A stretch of 64,000 nucleotides of DNA from contig CM102289.1 in the NCBI GenBank assembly GCA_046563655.1, positions 7,006,001 to 7,070,000 of the forward strand, written 5' to 3'. Made by a program: the position numbers and the translations under genes. Below, in pieces: positions 25,166 to 37,700 of this stretch (the first letter of the stretch is position 1; every line of letters starts with the position of its first letter). The notes under the pieces were generated by a model, which did no database searches, was not told where the DNA came from, and was given only the letters and a program-made list of their open reading frames with translations. The stretch comes from Yuukianura sp. NJ FZ-2021. Taxonomy: Eukaryota.

Positions 25166-26742
25166 TCAATAGTAACGTATGTGATCTGGTTTTGACAGCT
25201 CGATTTCGTTTCGTATCCATTTCAAATAATGCGCAACTGCAAACGGAATTATGTCATAAGAATTTTTCAGAAATATTTCAGCATTTTGAAATCTAATAAT
25301 TTCAAAATTTTGTAAAATCTTTACCTTTCGTGTACACCCCAGGATGCGTTTTGCTTCCACACGCTTTCCCCCAGCTTACAATTCCTGCCAAAAATACGGC
25401 ATCTGGTTGGCCTGCGTCAAATTAATGATTAAAGTGTTGCTAATTTAATTATGAATAGTAATTAACTTTAAAGCTAAGAATTTAGAACTGCAATGTTACC
25501 TGGAAGGGTACACGCTAAGGGCCCTCCACTGTCACCACTGCAGGCATCAGGTCCATCTCCACCAGCACAGAGATTACCGTCAGTAATGGGCGACATTTTC
25601 TTTTGACTTAGAAGTCTACGCAAATAGTTGTCGCGAATGTCGTCGTCTAGCTCAACTCGATACGCTTGCTGACATTCTCGTTTACTGTGAACAGGAACTT
25701 CAGCCACGCGCAGAATCGAACTGACTTTGTGAGTTGATCGTTTGTCTACAGAAATTTATGCTACATTAATTGTGTTTTTGATGTTATCCAATTGTAGGTC
25801 AAAGGTCAATGGTAAAGTGCTGACCTTGGACACCCCATCCAGAAACGTGACATCGAACTCCAGGGTTGAGTTCAACGTTTTCTTCTGGCGGAAGACATAT
25901 TGGGTGAACATACTGGTCAAACAGGACGCCACGGTCTCCAGTACTGCGCAGACGCACAAGGGCAATGTCATTGTCATACTCGCTCTGGTAGCTGAATCTT
26001 CTGTGATTTGTATAATCTCCTGGAAGAACTTCGAAAATTTGTTCAGAATGGTCAGTCTTGTTTAAAAAATGGTTTCCAACCTAAAACGAAATTCAAAAAC
26101 AATTTTTAAAAAAGATGAAGAAGAAGTACATTTTTTAATGGTATGCAAGAAACTTACTATAACACGGAAATCGGAAAGCACATCTCGGAAGCAGTGCTAA
26201 AAAATGTAGGTAGAATTAATCAAACGTTTTCAAAATATTTCATAATTGAACTTTTCAAAATTCAATTTGAATTCAAAATATTTTACCGCTGCCGTTAGTG
26301 CATGAAATTGACTGATGAGTGCTCCACCACAAATGTGCGTCCATTTTCCACCAGTTGCTTCTCCCCGTTTTTCAATGCTAACTTGCCATGGATATGCTCC
26401 GTAATCGGCTTCAATTCCATCCAGAATCCTAGCTTTCCGATGTTCGGAGTTGCTCAAAATTGTTCTTCTGCCACACGATACTGTGGGACAGTAGTTGCAG
26501 GCTGGTGGCATCGCATGTGACGAATGTATTTCTGAACGCGCAGAAGCACTTCCACGACTTCTTATTTCACGTTCAGCTTCAGACGCCATCATAATCTTAC
26601 GTAGAAGAGAACGTCTTCGAATTGCAGCAACTTCTTCATCATCTTCGCCCTCACAATGTGAAGCAAGTCCCACGAAGTAAACAATTAGAATTGAAATCAC
26701 AATCGATGTGTGGTAGGAATTCAGTGCTGAGATCAAATTCAT
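25166..26742 (-). CDS. Trypsin-like S1A serine protease zymogen
   Basis: Hydrophobic N-terminus, SCGRR, activation site R-ILDG and CGGALIS. Triad TAAHC / YDNDIAL / DACSGDSGGPL. Also VSWGK.C and GVYT.V..YLKWI. Confidence 0.92.
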
Positions 26743-28320
26743 CTTCTCGGCTTGAAAATAAGTTTGGAATTTAAAAAAAACCTAGAAAAACCAAAAATTG
26801 CAATGACAAAGACAATTTACAAAAAATTTTAAATCTAAGAAATTGCACTTGGATATGTTGGGTAGGAAGTTAGAGTGTCTCAAACTTATTTGAAGTGAGT
26901 CTGAATTTTTAAAATTGCCAATTTGGCACAACCGTAACTTGGATTGTGATAGATCAGGAAGAGCTGAAGAAAGGGAAATGATTTGACAAAGTTGTGCAAT
27001 ATTTCTATTGTTTGTTTATCTTTAGCCTAAGCACAATGACTTTTGACTTGGGAAAGGTGAAGATTCGGTGGGCGAAGATATCATGATGGACACATCGACA
27101 TGTGAGGGCACCAAAGTACCGTGAGAAATCAATTGAATATGGATGCAGACGCAACTTAAGATTCAATTCGTGTCTTTCAGGACAATGGACCTGGAAGACT
27201 TTAAACTAAAACGGCGGGAGGTTCAATAAAATGCTTCGAAGAATCACTGACCTGACGGATCGTTGTCGTTTTCTCGGTACTCCCAACTTCCTAATTCTGA
27301 ATTCTGTTTTCAAAGCTGAGAGTTTTTAAACGGAGAGCAGAAAAAATCAAAATACAAAAAAATTCAGACTGATTTTGCTAGTTTTATAGCAACTCGGAGG
27401 ACAAAACGAGCTTCCCAAGTTTGATTGAAAATGAAACATTTTCCGTAGGAAACAGATTTAACCAACTGCGTAGTAACCTAGTAATGGTTTAATTGTTTTC
27501 TATTGAATCAGTATTCAACATTTTCATCCTCCAAATATAGGAGGTGTATCCGGTAAATTCGAAAGATGACAAGGTCTTGGTATCAATACATATTACATAA
27601 CTGCAACAAAAACAGTACAGAATTCACTTTCAGAAGGAAACAGTATACATACCTTGACAAAATAGTTCAGGAATTGTTCCAAGTTTGTCAAGGGTCACAC
27701 AAATATAGGTCTTGGACAAAAACAGCATTTTCGATGTAAATCATAAACCTTTACCAAAGTTACGCATCTGAAATTAGCTCAAGGACTTTCGCGTAATTTT
27801 CACTGTTTTATTAAACAGTGGAAGAAAAAATGACATTTGGAAAGCCACATTTGTTAAAAACGGAGTCAAGATTAATTTCTTAAAAACAACTCAAGTTGTG
27901 TTGTCGAAAACTAAATTCCAAATATTAAAACATTTTGAGTTTTTGTTTTTTTCATTTGAGAAAGTTCAAAAGACTAACAATACGGAGCACATTGAATCTA
28001 TTTTTGGAAATGTTTTGCAAGAGTGTAACAAATGAGGTTATTGCGATTTGGCACTTGAGGAATTTGACTGTTATGTTGATGAGATGCGAGTCACAATATT
28101 GAAATTCAACCCACGCATGTATGGGATCATAATACAAAAAGTGTTAGGTAGATCAGTAACAAAAATTCAATTTCAAAATTCAAATGAAATGGAAATTATT
28201 ACCAAAGTTAACCCGTAGAGTTGTCAAGGGGAGTTTCAGTATTTTTCTTTTTAGCTAAAGTGGGCATTATTATTAAATTTTTGACGCAACTCCAAAGAGG
28301 CTCAAAGAGGCTACAAAACC

Positions 28321-28641
28321 CATCGAGTTACCAAGACAATTCGATCTTTTTTCTTTTAACTAGAGTGGACATAAGGCATTTTTTCAACAAAATTTTTGAA
28401 ACATTTCTAGAGCGGATAAAAACCGCTTTCATCTCAACTTTAAGCCAGTTTCACACAAACTATGAACTGCAGGTGTCTTTTTTGTGCCACCTGCAGTTCA
28501 TAGTTTGTGTGAAACTGGCTTAAAGTTGAGATGAAAGCGGTTTTTATCCGCTCTAGAAATGTTTCAAAAATTTTGTTGAAAAAATGCCTTATGTCCACTC
28601 TAGTTAAAAGAAAAAAATCGAATCGTCTTGGTAACTCGATG
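28321..28641. mobile_element. Non-autonomous foldback DNA transposon (MITE) with 8-bp target-site duplication
   Basis: Near-perfect inverted arms of about 155 bp (28321-28475 and 28488-28641) around a 12-nt loop. Termini CATCGAG...CTCGATG. Direct repeat ACAAAACC at 28313-28320 and 28642-28649. Confidence 0.9.
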
Positions 28642-28777
28642 ACAAAACCACTTTCGTCTCAAGTCTAAGCATGGTTCTCACCAAGGTAACTAAACAAAAT
28701 GACACACCGCATTACTAAGGTAGTCTCACGAGCGGTTTTTCAGTTGTTTTTTGCGGGGTCGCTGCAGGTCGTAAGCG

Positions 28778-28905
28778 CTACTCCAATAAGGGCTACTTAA
28801 GAAGAGCAAAAAAAAATAAGGGCTAATCCAAAAAGACCTACTACAATAAGAGCTAATTTCAATAAGGGCTACTTTCAATAAGGGCTACTTTCAATAAGGG
28901 TTACT
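28778..28905 (+). repeat. Degenerate 16-bp tandem repeat (CTACTTTCAATAAGGG)
   Basis: About 6-7 copies of varying fidelity; the best-preserved ones lie at 28853-28900. Confidence 0.75.
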
Positions 28906-29872
28906 CAACTTCCAGTCCTAAAACCGATCTTAACTACAGGTCCGATGATTGGTTCCACGGGGTGGTTACAGTGGATGATTTACTTTGTACTTCAACCGAC
29001 GGAAAACGTTGTCACAGAAAATTTAAAAACAAACAATCCACCCAAGCAAAGATTTTTAAATAAAATTTTCCTAACTAGCGAAATAAAGACCATTGTAAAC
29101 AAAATTTTTGCAGCCAATTTTTCCGTTTCCCCTGACAAGTCACCGAATTTCATAAAACTTAAGGCTGCCTCACACTCCATTCTATTCCTTGCAATCTGAT
29201 ATTTGGTTAAATAGCGAATAATCTTTAACGAACACTACTCCATTCTGTTGCGGTATCTGACACGAAACACGCGAATTGTGACTTTTTTTTAATTCTAATT
29301 TAATTTAAGTTTCACATATTGTGAATCGCTGTGCGACATTCTTTCGCTAAGTTATGCACAAGCTTTAATATGGCGTTTAAAATGGCTCTCGTGTCTCATC
29401 TATATATCGTTTAACAAAAATTATCTAATAAATCTCTGAAGAATTCATTCAAAAATTCAGTCGAAACAAAGCCCGCCATTAGATTTGAAGAATTAAATTA
29501 GCAGAAATTAGTTAAGCACAAAACACACGAGAATAGGTTTACATGTAGTATTTACGCAAGCAATACAATCATGTAAGCAGAGTTTTACCGTAGTGGGAAT
29601 CTCTTACCTAAATAACAGCTACTTTTTCTGGACTTGCTCTTTTGTGCTTTCCTAATTTTTTTATCTAACGTCTCTGTTTGGACCGCAACGAACAAACACA
29701 AACCGACAATGAAGTCATAAACACCAGTAAGCGGATTTTAAGAATCGTTGTGAACCATTTTATTGGAAACCCAATTTAGATTTTCTTTTGATCTCAGAAA
29801 AAGCTTGTTATTGACTAATTTTTTTTTGGAACGAACGCCTAAAGCTATTTCCATTAGAGTTCAAATTAACTT

Positions 29873-30384
29873 TTAATTGCAATTGCAGTAGTTCAATTCA
29901 GTGGTCTCGTTTCTGACGCAAGTGGATGCATGTGGTGGACTTCCGCACCTGTAACAGGCGTGATTACAGCCGGCACATCCGATAGGTATAGTGTTCAAAC
30001 TAGCAGTTACTATCCCTAAGCAGAGACACTGTGCTGCTTTTAGACTTGGTGTGAAAGGAAGCGCTGCCCACAAACATGTACCGTTGTCTATGCCATATTG
30101 GGTTTTGCACAGGCGGTCGCAGACTTCTGTAAAGACGCCACTCGCTGAACCGCATTCGCTCACAAGACATCCGTTACCCAGCCCCAACGCTAATTGTTAC
30201 AAAAGAGATCATTTGAGTTAGTATTTAAGGAATAGAATTTAATTAAGTTTAAGCTACACCTAGTTATTCTAAAATTTTGTTTTAGTTTACCATATCTAGC
30301 TTCAACTCTCTTCTCTTTCTGAAAAATTGCCAAAACATTTTGGAGAATCAGAGCTCCATAAATCACGAAAATAATAAGCTTCAT
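29873..30384 (-). CDS. Secreted cysteine-rich peptide with two defensin-like (CS-alpha-beta) modules, 2 exons
   Basis: Signal peptide MKLIIFVIYGALILQNVLA and a short propeptide containing KR. Module 1 is CDRLC..GTC..CLC and module 2 is CNHAC..TC..CNC. Confidence 0.7.
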
Positions 30385-31430
30385 GCTATGAAAGTGGAAT
30401 TATTCTTTACGTAACTCAACTGCGTCTGTGAAAACTTTCACGAAAGTTCTGGTATTTATACGCAATACTTGTTAATCTCTTGAGGAATCTCTTGATGCAA
30501 TAAAGTTATGGTGGTGCATCAGAAACAAGCTTAATTTTATTTATAGTAAAGTGTTGCTTAACATATAAAATAAAGTGCATAAACATGATCTTAAATTTGT
30601 TTTCGCCCTAAAGTGGAGTACAAATTGGACTTCTGCTTGTGTTAAAAGAAAGTTTGGAAATTGATTTTGCAAATTTTTAGGAGTAAGCATTAGTTCCGCA
30701 GGTATGGGTTGAAAGGTGACTGCCTAATTATAGGTGGCTGATCCCCCGAATAGACATATACATGGGTTGAAAGGTGAAAAACTCAAAATTGTTCCAAGAA
30801 TAAGAACTAGCTTATTAAAAATAAAGCTTGTGTTACGTAAGGTGAGTGAACCTTGATATTTAAACAAACTTTTATTCCAGGAACAGTATTACTATGCAAG
30901 AACGTGACAGTCTACGATGTAATGTATAGAGATTATAATAATTTACTGTTGTGAAATAGAATCTGTGTGAACGAGGCTTAAGTTGTCTGAAATTGAGTCA
31001 GTTGAGTGAGTAAGGAGAAACATTACAAAACGTTTGCTTCAAGAATTTTGTTTAAAATGGCCCTCATGTCGCATCTGTATAGTAGTTTAAGGAAAATTTG
31101 ATTTAAAAAATCTTTGACTTAACGCTTCTGGTCGTTATGCTTCTGCTATAAAAACATGACTTCTCCAAAAAAAAAAAAAGGGAAAAATATTGGATTTTGT
31201 TAATTTTCTGAAATCGATTTTTGGTGTCCATGGCAACCGCAAAGCACAACACTCCTGGTTTACAACTTCTAAAAACTAAATACGGTTATCATTTTTTGAG
31301 CATTCATTACTTCTACTCGCTTCTGCTTTGTTGTTTGCAGCTTTTGATCTTTTGGGTTTTACTGTTTCTGTTATTGAATATTTTCTCCAAAAATTTTGAG
31401 TTACAAAACGATTTTCAAGTTTTGTTAAAA

Positions 31431-34400
31431 ATGAATCGAGCAAAACTCAAGCACGACGACTGTTGGATTCGTCGAAGTCCTTTGAAAACGGCAATGAAAA
31501 AGGCAGCAGGGGAAGAGCTTGACGATTTGTACGAAGAATTTGAAACTGATCGTCGCGGAATTTGCAGTCGACAGCAAACGGCTCGCAGCGGTGAAGCTCC
31601 AGCAACACCTTTGACAACAGTGAGCTAAAATTTGAATGCAAACAAAATAAAATTTTAAAAATTGCAATGTTCTTTGTACTTAGGCACGCATGACAGCACG
31701 AGGTGAACGACCTGCCACTCGGTTTTCAACTGCTCATGTAATCAACATGCAAAAAATTGTAGAAATTCTTGCGAATAAATAAACAAAAAAAATTTTTACA
31801 GCCATTTCGTCCAGGAACTGTTCGAAATCAGCCTTCAAGATGTGGAACTGCTCGTCCAATCACTGGAACTGTAATTGGTGATCATTCTACCGGACTCAAT
31901 CGTCCACTAACTGCAATTCGTGGTGCAGGTTATGCTCCACAACAAAGTAAATCAAGTACTCAGGTCTTTGACCCGATGCAAATGGGTCAAAAGTGTGCGG
32001 TTTTAAAACTTGACCCAGAGGAGAGGTCAGTTTTTACAACAACTGGATTTTTGGATTGGAGTTGCGAAAATGTTTTGGAATTTTGTTCAATTTTTTCTTT
32101 TTGATTTTTTCTAGCGCACTCCGTAAAATTCGACAACTTGAATTGAAAATTTGGTCACTGATTGACGATTCGGCTATGGCGAGTCACGAAAAAAATTTCA
32201 AGAGAGCATTGGAACTGGCCAAGGAAGCTGAATTGAAGGAAAAAGTTTTGCAGAAACAAGAAGAGGAAGATGGATTCATAGCTTCACATGACTGGGATCT
32301 CACTTTTACCGTAAATCTCCAAATAAAAACCAAAAACAGAACCAAAATTTTCAAAATTTAATTTCTTTTCTTAATGCTTTTGTAAAATTTGGTCAAAGGT
32401 CATCTTCAACTTGGCTCTACAGTATGAAGAAAATAACTTGTTGACGGACGCTTTAAATTACTACAGCGCCCTCTCTGGAGAAAAGTATACCGCGCATGGA
32501 CCAAAGGTCAAGCTGAACATTGGCAACATTTTTGTCAAGAAGCGCCAATTTGCAAAGGCAATCAAAATTTATCGCATTGCATTGGATCAGTTGGGACAAA
32601 GTGGGAACAAGCGATTGAGGTGAATTCCTTAAAAAATTTTTTTGAAAGATAAAAATTTCAAATTCTTTTTAATAGAATCAAGTTGCTGCAGAACACGGGA
32701 CTGGTGTTTTTGGAAATGAACAACTACAGTGACGCTGCCACAAATTTTGAAACAATTATGGTTGAAAAACCAAGTTTTGCTGCTGCATTCAACTTGGTCG
32801 TGGCCAACTACATGCTACAAGATCCATATGCAACTAAATCCAGCTTCCAAGAATTGCTTCAAATTCCACTGCCCAGGGAAGACCAAACTTGTCTCGAACT
32901 CAAGGTAAGTTCTTACAAATATTTTAAAAATTACTTTTTCTCAGAATTTTGAACTTCAATTTTTTACACTTTTTTCGTATGTAGGATGACCCTGATTCGC
33001 ACGTACTGCTTGACCTCTACAGTCATGATGAGCTCTCCAAGTATAACAATGAAAAACGAGTATTTGCTGAAAAATGTGTGCTTACTGCCGCGTGTCTCAT
33101 TGCACCGTTAGTCGAAGCGTCACTGGCTGAAGGCTACGATTGGATTCTCAAAGTCATTACAACTTCGCAACACGCAGCATTCGCACCGGCACTCGAGGTA
33201 ATTTTTTAGAAAGAAAAAATATGTAGATTCTGAACAAGTTTGAACAATATTTTGAATTTTTCAGATCAGCAAATCCGTTCAACTGATCAAACAAGGATCA
33301 ATTGACGAAGCAATTTCAATTCTTCAAGAATTCGAACGCAAGGAGACAAAGTTTCAACCAGCAGCAGCAAACAACTTGTCCTTCATTTACTACCTCGTAA
33401 ATTTATGAAATCAAAAATTTCAGTTTTTTTTTTCAAAAAGAAATTGAGCTTTTTTAATTCTAGCAAGGAGAGTATTCTTTGGCTGTGAAATATGGAGAAA
33501 TGGCAGTTTCTGGAGATTGTTACAGCGAGGCAAGTTTTTCCACAAGGAATCAGTTTCTTATAGATTGAACTTTCCCGCCATTTTGTGCTTTCCAGAAAGC
33601 ATTTGTGAACCTGGGAAACAGTCTTGTAGCTATCGGTGACCTTGACCGAGCTCGAGCACTCTACTTTGCTGCATACCGCCTCGATTCTTCGTCCATTGAA
33701 GTCATGTACAATTTGGGCCTGATTGACCAACGTCTTGGACATTACGACAATGCCCTCATGAGTTTTTCCAAAATTTTACACGTTTTGCCAAATTTTGGAG
33801 ACGCTTTGTACCAAATGGGTCTCACTTATGAGCTAATGAAGAGACCAGAAGATGCTATCGAGTACTACCTCAAGACGCTTGCAATTCACCAAAACGATTC
33901 TGGACTTTTCAAAAAACTGGGGCTTAATGCTGATCGTCTTGGGTGGAAGGATCAGGCTTACTCCTACTATTCAGAAGCAAGTTTTCAAAATTTTAAAAAA
34001 CATTAGCGTCTTTTGATTTTGTTTTTGTTTTCTAGGCTTATAAAGGTTGTCCTTCTGATCCTTTCGTCATCAAATGGTTGGCAATGTATATGATTGAAGC
34101 GGAACTTCCAGACCAGGCAATGGACTTTTTCCATAAAGGTTTGCAAATTGACCCATCTGACCCCTTGTGGCTGTTGTCCATGGGGTCGTGTCAGAAACAA
34201 CTTGGAAATACAAGTGGAGCCATCCAGTACTACAAACAAACACTTCAGGACTTCCCAGACGACTTGCAAGCTCTGGAAGGCTTGCTGTCACTTACAAAGT
34301 GCATGGATCGAAAAGAGGCTGCTTGGTATCGTGCCAGATTCGATGAAATTTCGTGCAGACTCTCCAGCCAACAAGCACCTCGTGCCTGGGAAGTCAACCA

Positions 34401-34627
34401 ATCAGGAACTGCCCGGAATCCACAACACCAAAATGAAGATATGCCTACGCCAAGGTAAGCGTATTAAAACAATTTAACATTTCAAAATTTTGGTTTTCCA
34501 AAAATTTTTTAGAACTCCGCGATGTCCCAGAGTTCAACTGCCAGACATGAACAGCGACTTATGGAACTTTGAAGCCTGCGGAAAACTTGATGAACCTCAA
34601 GATACCGAAGAAGACGAATCTATTTGA
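31431..34627 (+). CDS. IFT88: Intraflagellar transport protein 88 homologue (TPR protein), divergent
   Basis: DDLYEEF, RPLTAIRGAGY, KIRQLE..ALELAKEA, LTFTVIFNLALQY, LNIGNIF..AIKIYRIALDQ, AANNLSFIYYL, VNLGN, and C-terminal TPRs. Confidence 0.88.
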
Positions 34628-34786
34628 ACATGAAAACAATCTTTTTATTCTTAAAAAATTTAGATAATAAACAAAACTATACTTTGTGATCTTAAGTTTT
34701 TAAGGACGCTCGACAGCTCAAGTCTTCCAATTTTTTTTTGTAATTTTATCAAAACTTTTCATAATTTTAGTCTATTTTGGGCGTGG

Positions 34787-37700
34787 TTATGAGCTGTCTT
34801 TAATATCAATTCCGGAGTCGATGTTCAGACTTTCCAGTAAATGAAGATCAATTGGTGTACTTTGGATGTCTACTGTTAAGTAATTTCTAAGTTGGTTTTC
34901 CCAATCGGAGAAATTCGCGTTGAGAATTTTCTGAACTTCTAAATTTGTGACGACGTCAAATACTGTCTGACCTCTTTGGACTTCTGCAGGATCATCGGAC
35001 TCTTTCCGTATAGAATTTTCTATGGTAGGATCAGCCTAAAATTTAGAATTTCAAAACTTAAAGCGAAGTTGAAAATAGTTTATAAGCATTTCGAGAAGTT
35101 AACATACCCCAAAGTAGAGCAAAAGTGCACATAGAGATGAGCTAGGAGATTCTGCACTCGCGGCACAATGGAGCGGAGTGTCACCGCGGTAATTTTGAAT
35201 ATTTACGAGCTCCGTGTCTCGGGCCTGTAAATATTTCAAGAATAAATGAATATAAAACATGCTAAATTTTTACAAAAATTTTAATTTTTAAAATTTTGTC
35301 AAAAATTTATGTGAACATACTGCTTTTAACAGCATCATGGCCAACGGAAAACTTTTCTTTTCAATGGCAATGTGTAGTGGAGTTCGGCCAAATGTACCTT
35401 CTTGACATGCTACAATACACTGAGCACGGCACAAAAGGTCAACGGCCTCGAATGAACCTTCGCTTACGGCTAAATGTAGCGGGGTCAAACCTGAAAGTAT
35501 AACCAACATTAATTTAAAACTGAAAATAATAATTATTTTTGTTATATTTTTGTTTGTTTTTTGAGAAAGCTTACTGTTATAGTTGAATTTGTTTATCACT
35601 TGGTAAGCTTTGTGTGAACACAGAAGAACGCTGAGACAGTTGATGTGTTTTGATTTAATGGCAAGGTGAAGGGGCGTGTCACCGTCAAAATTTGGTACTG
35701 TAATATCCGCCTTGTAAATTAAAAGTTCCCGCACAAATGTTTCTGCGTTGAGTAAAACGGCCATTGACAAAGGCGTGATGCCACTGAGATTAGTGTCGTT
35801 GATAATACTGGCAACATCGGAAGATGTACTGACGGCGCTTAATATTTGTACAAACGGTTCATATTGTCCGTTTAGAATAGCCGTGTGTAAAGCACTGTAG
35901 AAAAATAAATTGTTTTAACATTCCAGAATATTTTCAAAATTCAAAAAGTCTCACTTGTCCCCATTTTCATTGACGAGACACAGGAGATGGCGCAATTTTT
36001 GTAATACAATGTTAAAGTCCGACGTTTCTGCCCAGCTATGTAAACATTCTCCAACGCTAAGAGCAACATTAAGTGCTAATTCCTTTGGCTTCTTCTCGAC
36101 TTTGAGTTGACCTAGGTCACACGGAAATTTTATTGTTCCACTGCCTTGCCTAGCAGAACCTCCGCTAGGTCCAGGAAGCGGACCTGGAGCTAAATTCTCC
36201 GCCGCTTGAACATTCCCGCCTTGTTGAGCTCCGTTATTTGGATTTTCACGGTGATTTGGACTTCGGCGTTCGTTACTTCTACCCTCAGGTTCATTTCTTG
36301 GTACACTCTGTCTTGGCATTTTCCTTACTAAAAGTAAAACCCAATGTTACAAAAAGAAAAATCTCCACAACACCTCCAATTTTCAAAATTTTAGAACTTA
36401 CGTCTTTCAATTGGTTTGTATTTGAATCGAATTTGTTGACTAGTGGCTCCGTCGGAGGGGCGCTCTAACTGCACCCAAACGTCAACATCCGTGTCGATAT
36501 TGGAATAGCGGTACGGTGGAGTTCTCAAAAAAGCGGGAGATTTTTAAAGTTTAAAATTTTGAACTTCTTTCACTTTCAGAATTTCCGGCTCAAAATTTAC
36601 GTGTGTGGACTCACTTGAAAACAATTGCGTACTGATGATGAACGTCGAGCTTGCTGAACCTACCATAAGCCTTCCAAATTTCAATTCCTCTTTCGTTTTC
36701 CTGGAAGAACTTGATTTGAATATTGTCTGTAAACAAACGACAAATTAAGTATTTTGAATTCAGACTTTCCCGCTACGCATTCAACAAAGTTCACAAACAA
36801 ATAACATATAAATCTATAGCTGACGTTACACAGCACCTCGGTTTTTCCAAAAAGTCTCATCATTGTTGTCGTTTTAAACGTTATTTAAGATTAATTACAA
36901 CCTCAAAAATTTAATTAAAAATTGAGTTCAAGACCATTGCGGACGTCAATCGGCCAACGTGAAGGTCAAATCAATTTAAACACGCAAAAACACGCCAAAA
37001 GAGTACAAAATTTTGAAATCTTACGTTTGTCCACTTTTTCTACGAGAACAAATACTTCCTCATCACCCGTACAAAAACTGGCGTACTTGTCAATTCGAAC
37101 GATCCTCAGTTCACTAGTTTGCGTACTTTCTGTCAAGAAAGAACAAAATTTAAAGTGAAATGGCGTGAGTGTTGGTACTATTTAAAGAAGTTGAACCTAC
37201 ACAAAAGCAAAGCGTCACTTAATTGTCTTCTTCTGATAAATTAGGTGTAAGTGGCTGGAAAATTTTGTTGGAAAACCTAACTGCTGGCAGACTGCATTTG
37301 TAATGAATTTTGAAATCTAAAGCGCTTGGGATTTACGGACATCAAGCATTCATGATTCATGATCATAAACATTCTTAAGTGTGATACTTTCCCACCAACT
37401 CGTGCGCAACTTTTACTTTGTTCGTTAACGGTTCAAAGCGTCCAGAATTACAAATCACAATCACAATCAACTTTAACTTTTTTTCACAGGAATTTCCAGT
37501 TTTACTCACAATTAAGGCACAAAGCTTCCGAACATTTTCCAAAAACACTTTAACTTGTTTTTCGAAAATTTAAAGAGGAACTCTTATTTTGGCACACTCA
37601 ATTTTTGCAAAAACTGAAAAGTGACTAATTTGTGCACTTTATATAAATTGTTTTATATTGCGTTGATGGCTTTTTGGGTGGATCACGACAGACACGAGAG

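Noticed and set aside
30704..30777. Direct repeat ATGGGTTGAAAGGTGA, two copies
   Set aside because: An isolated 16-bp duplication with no array or element structure.
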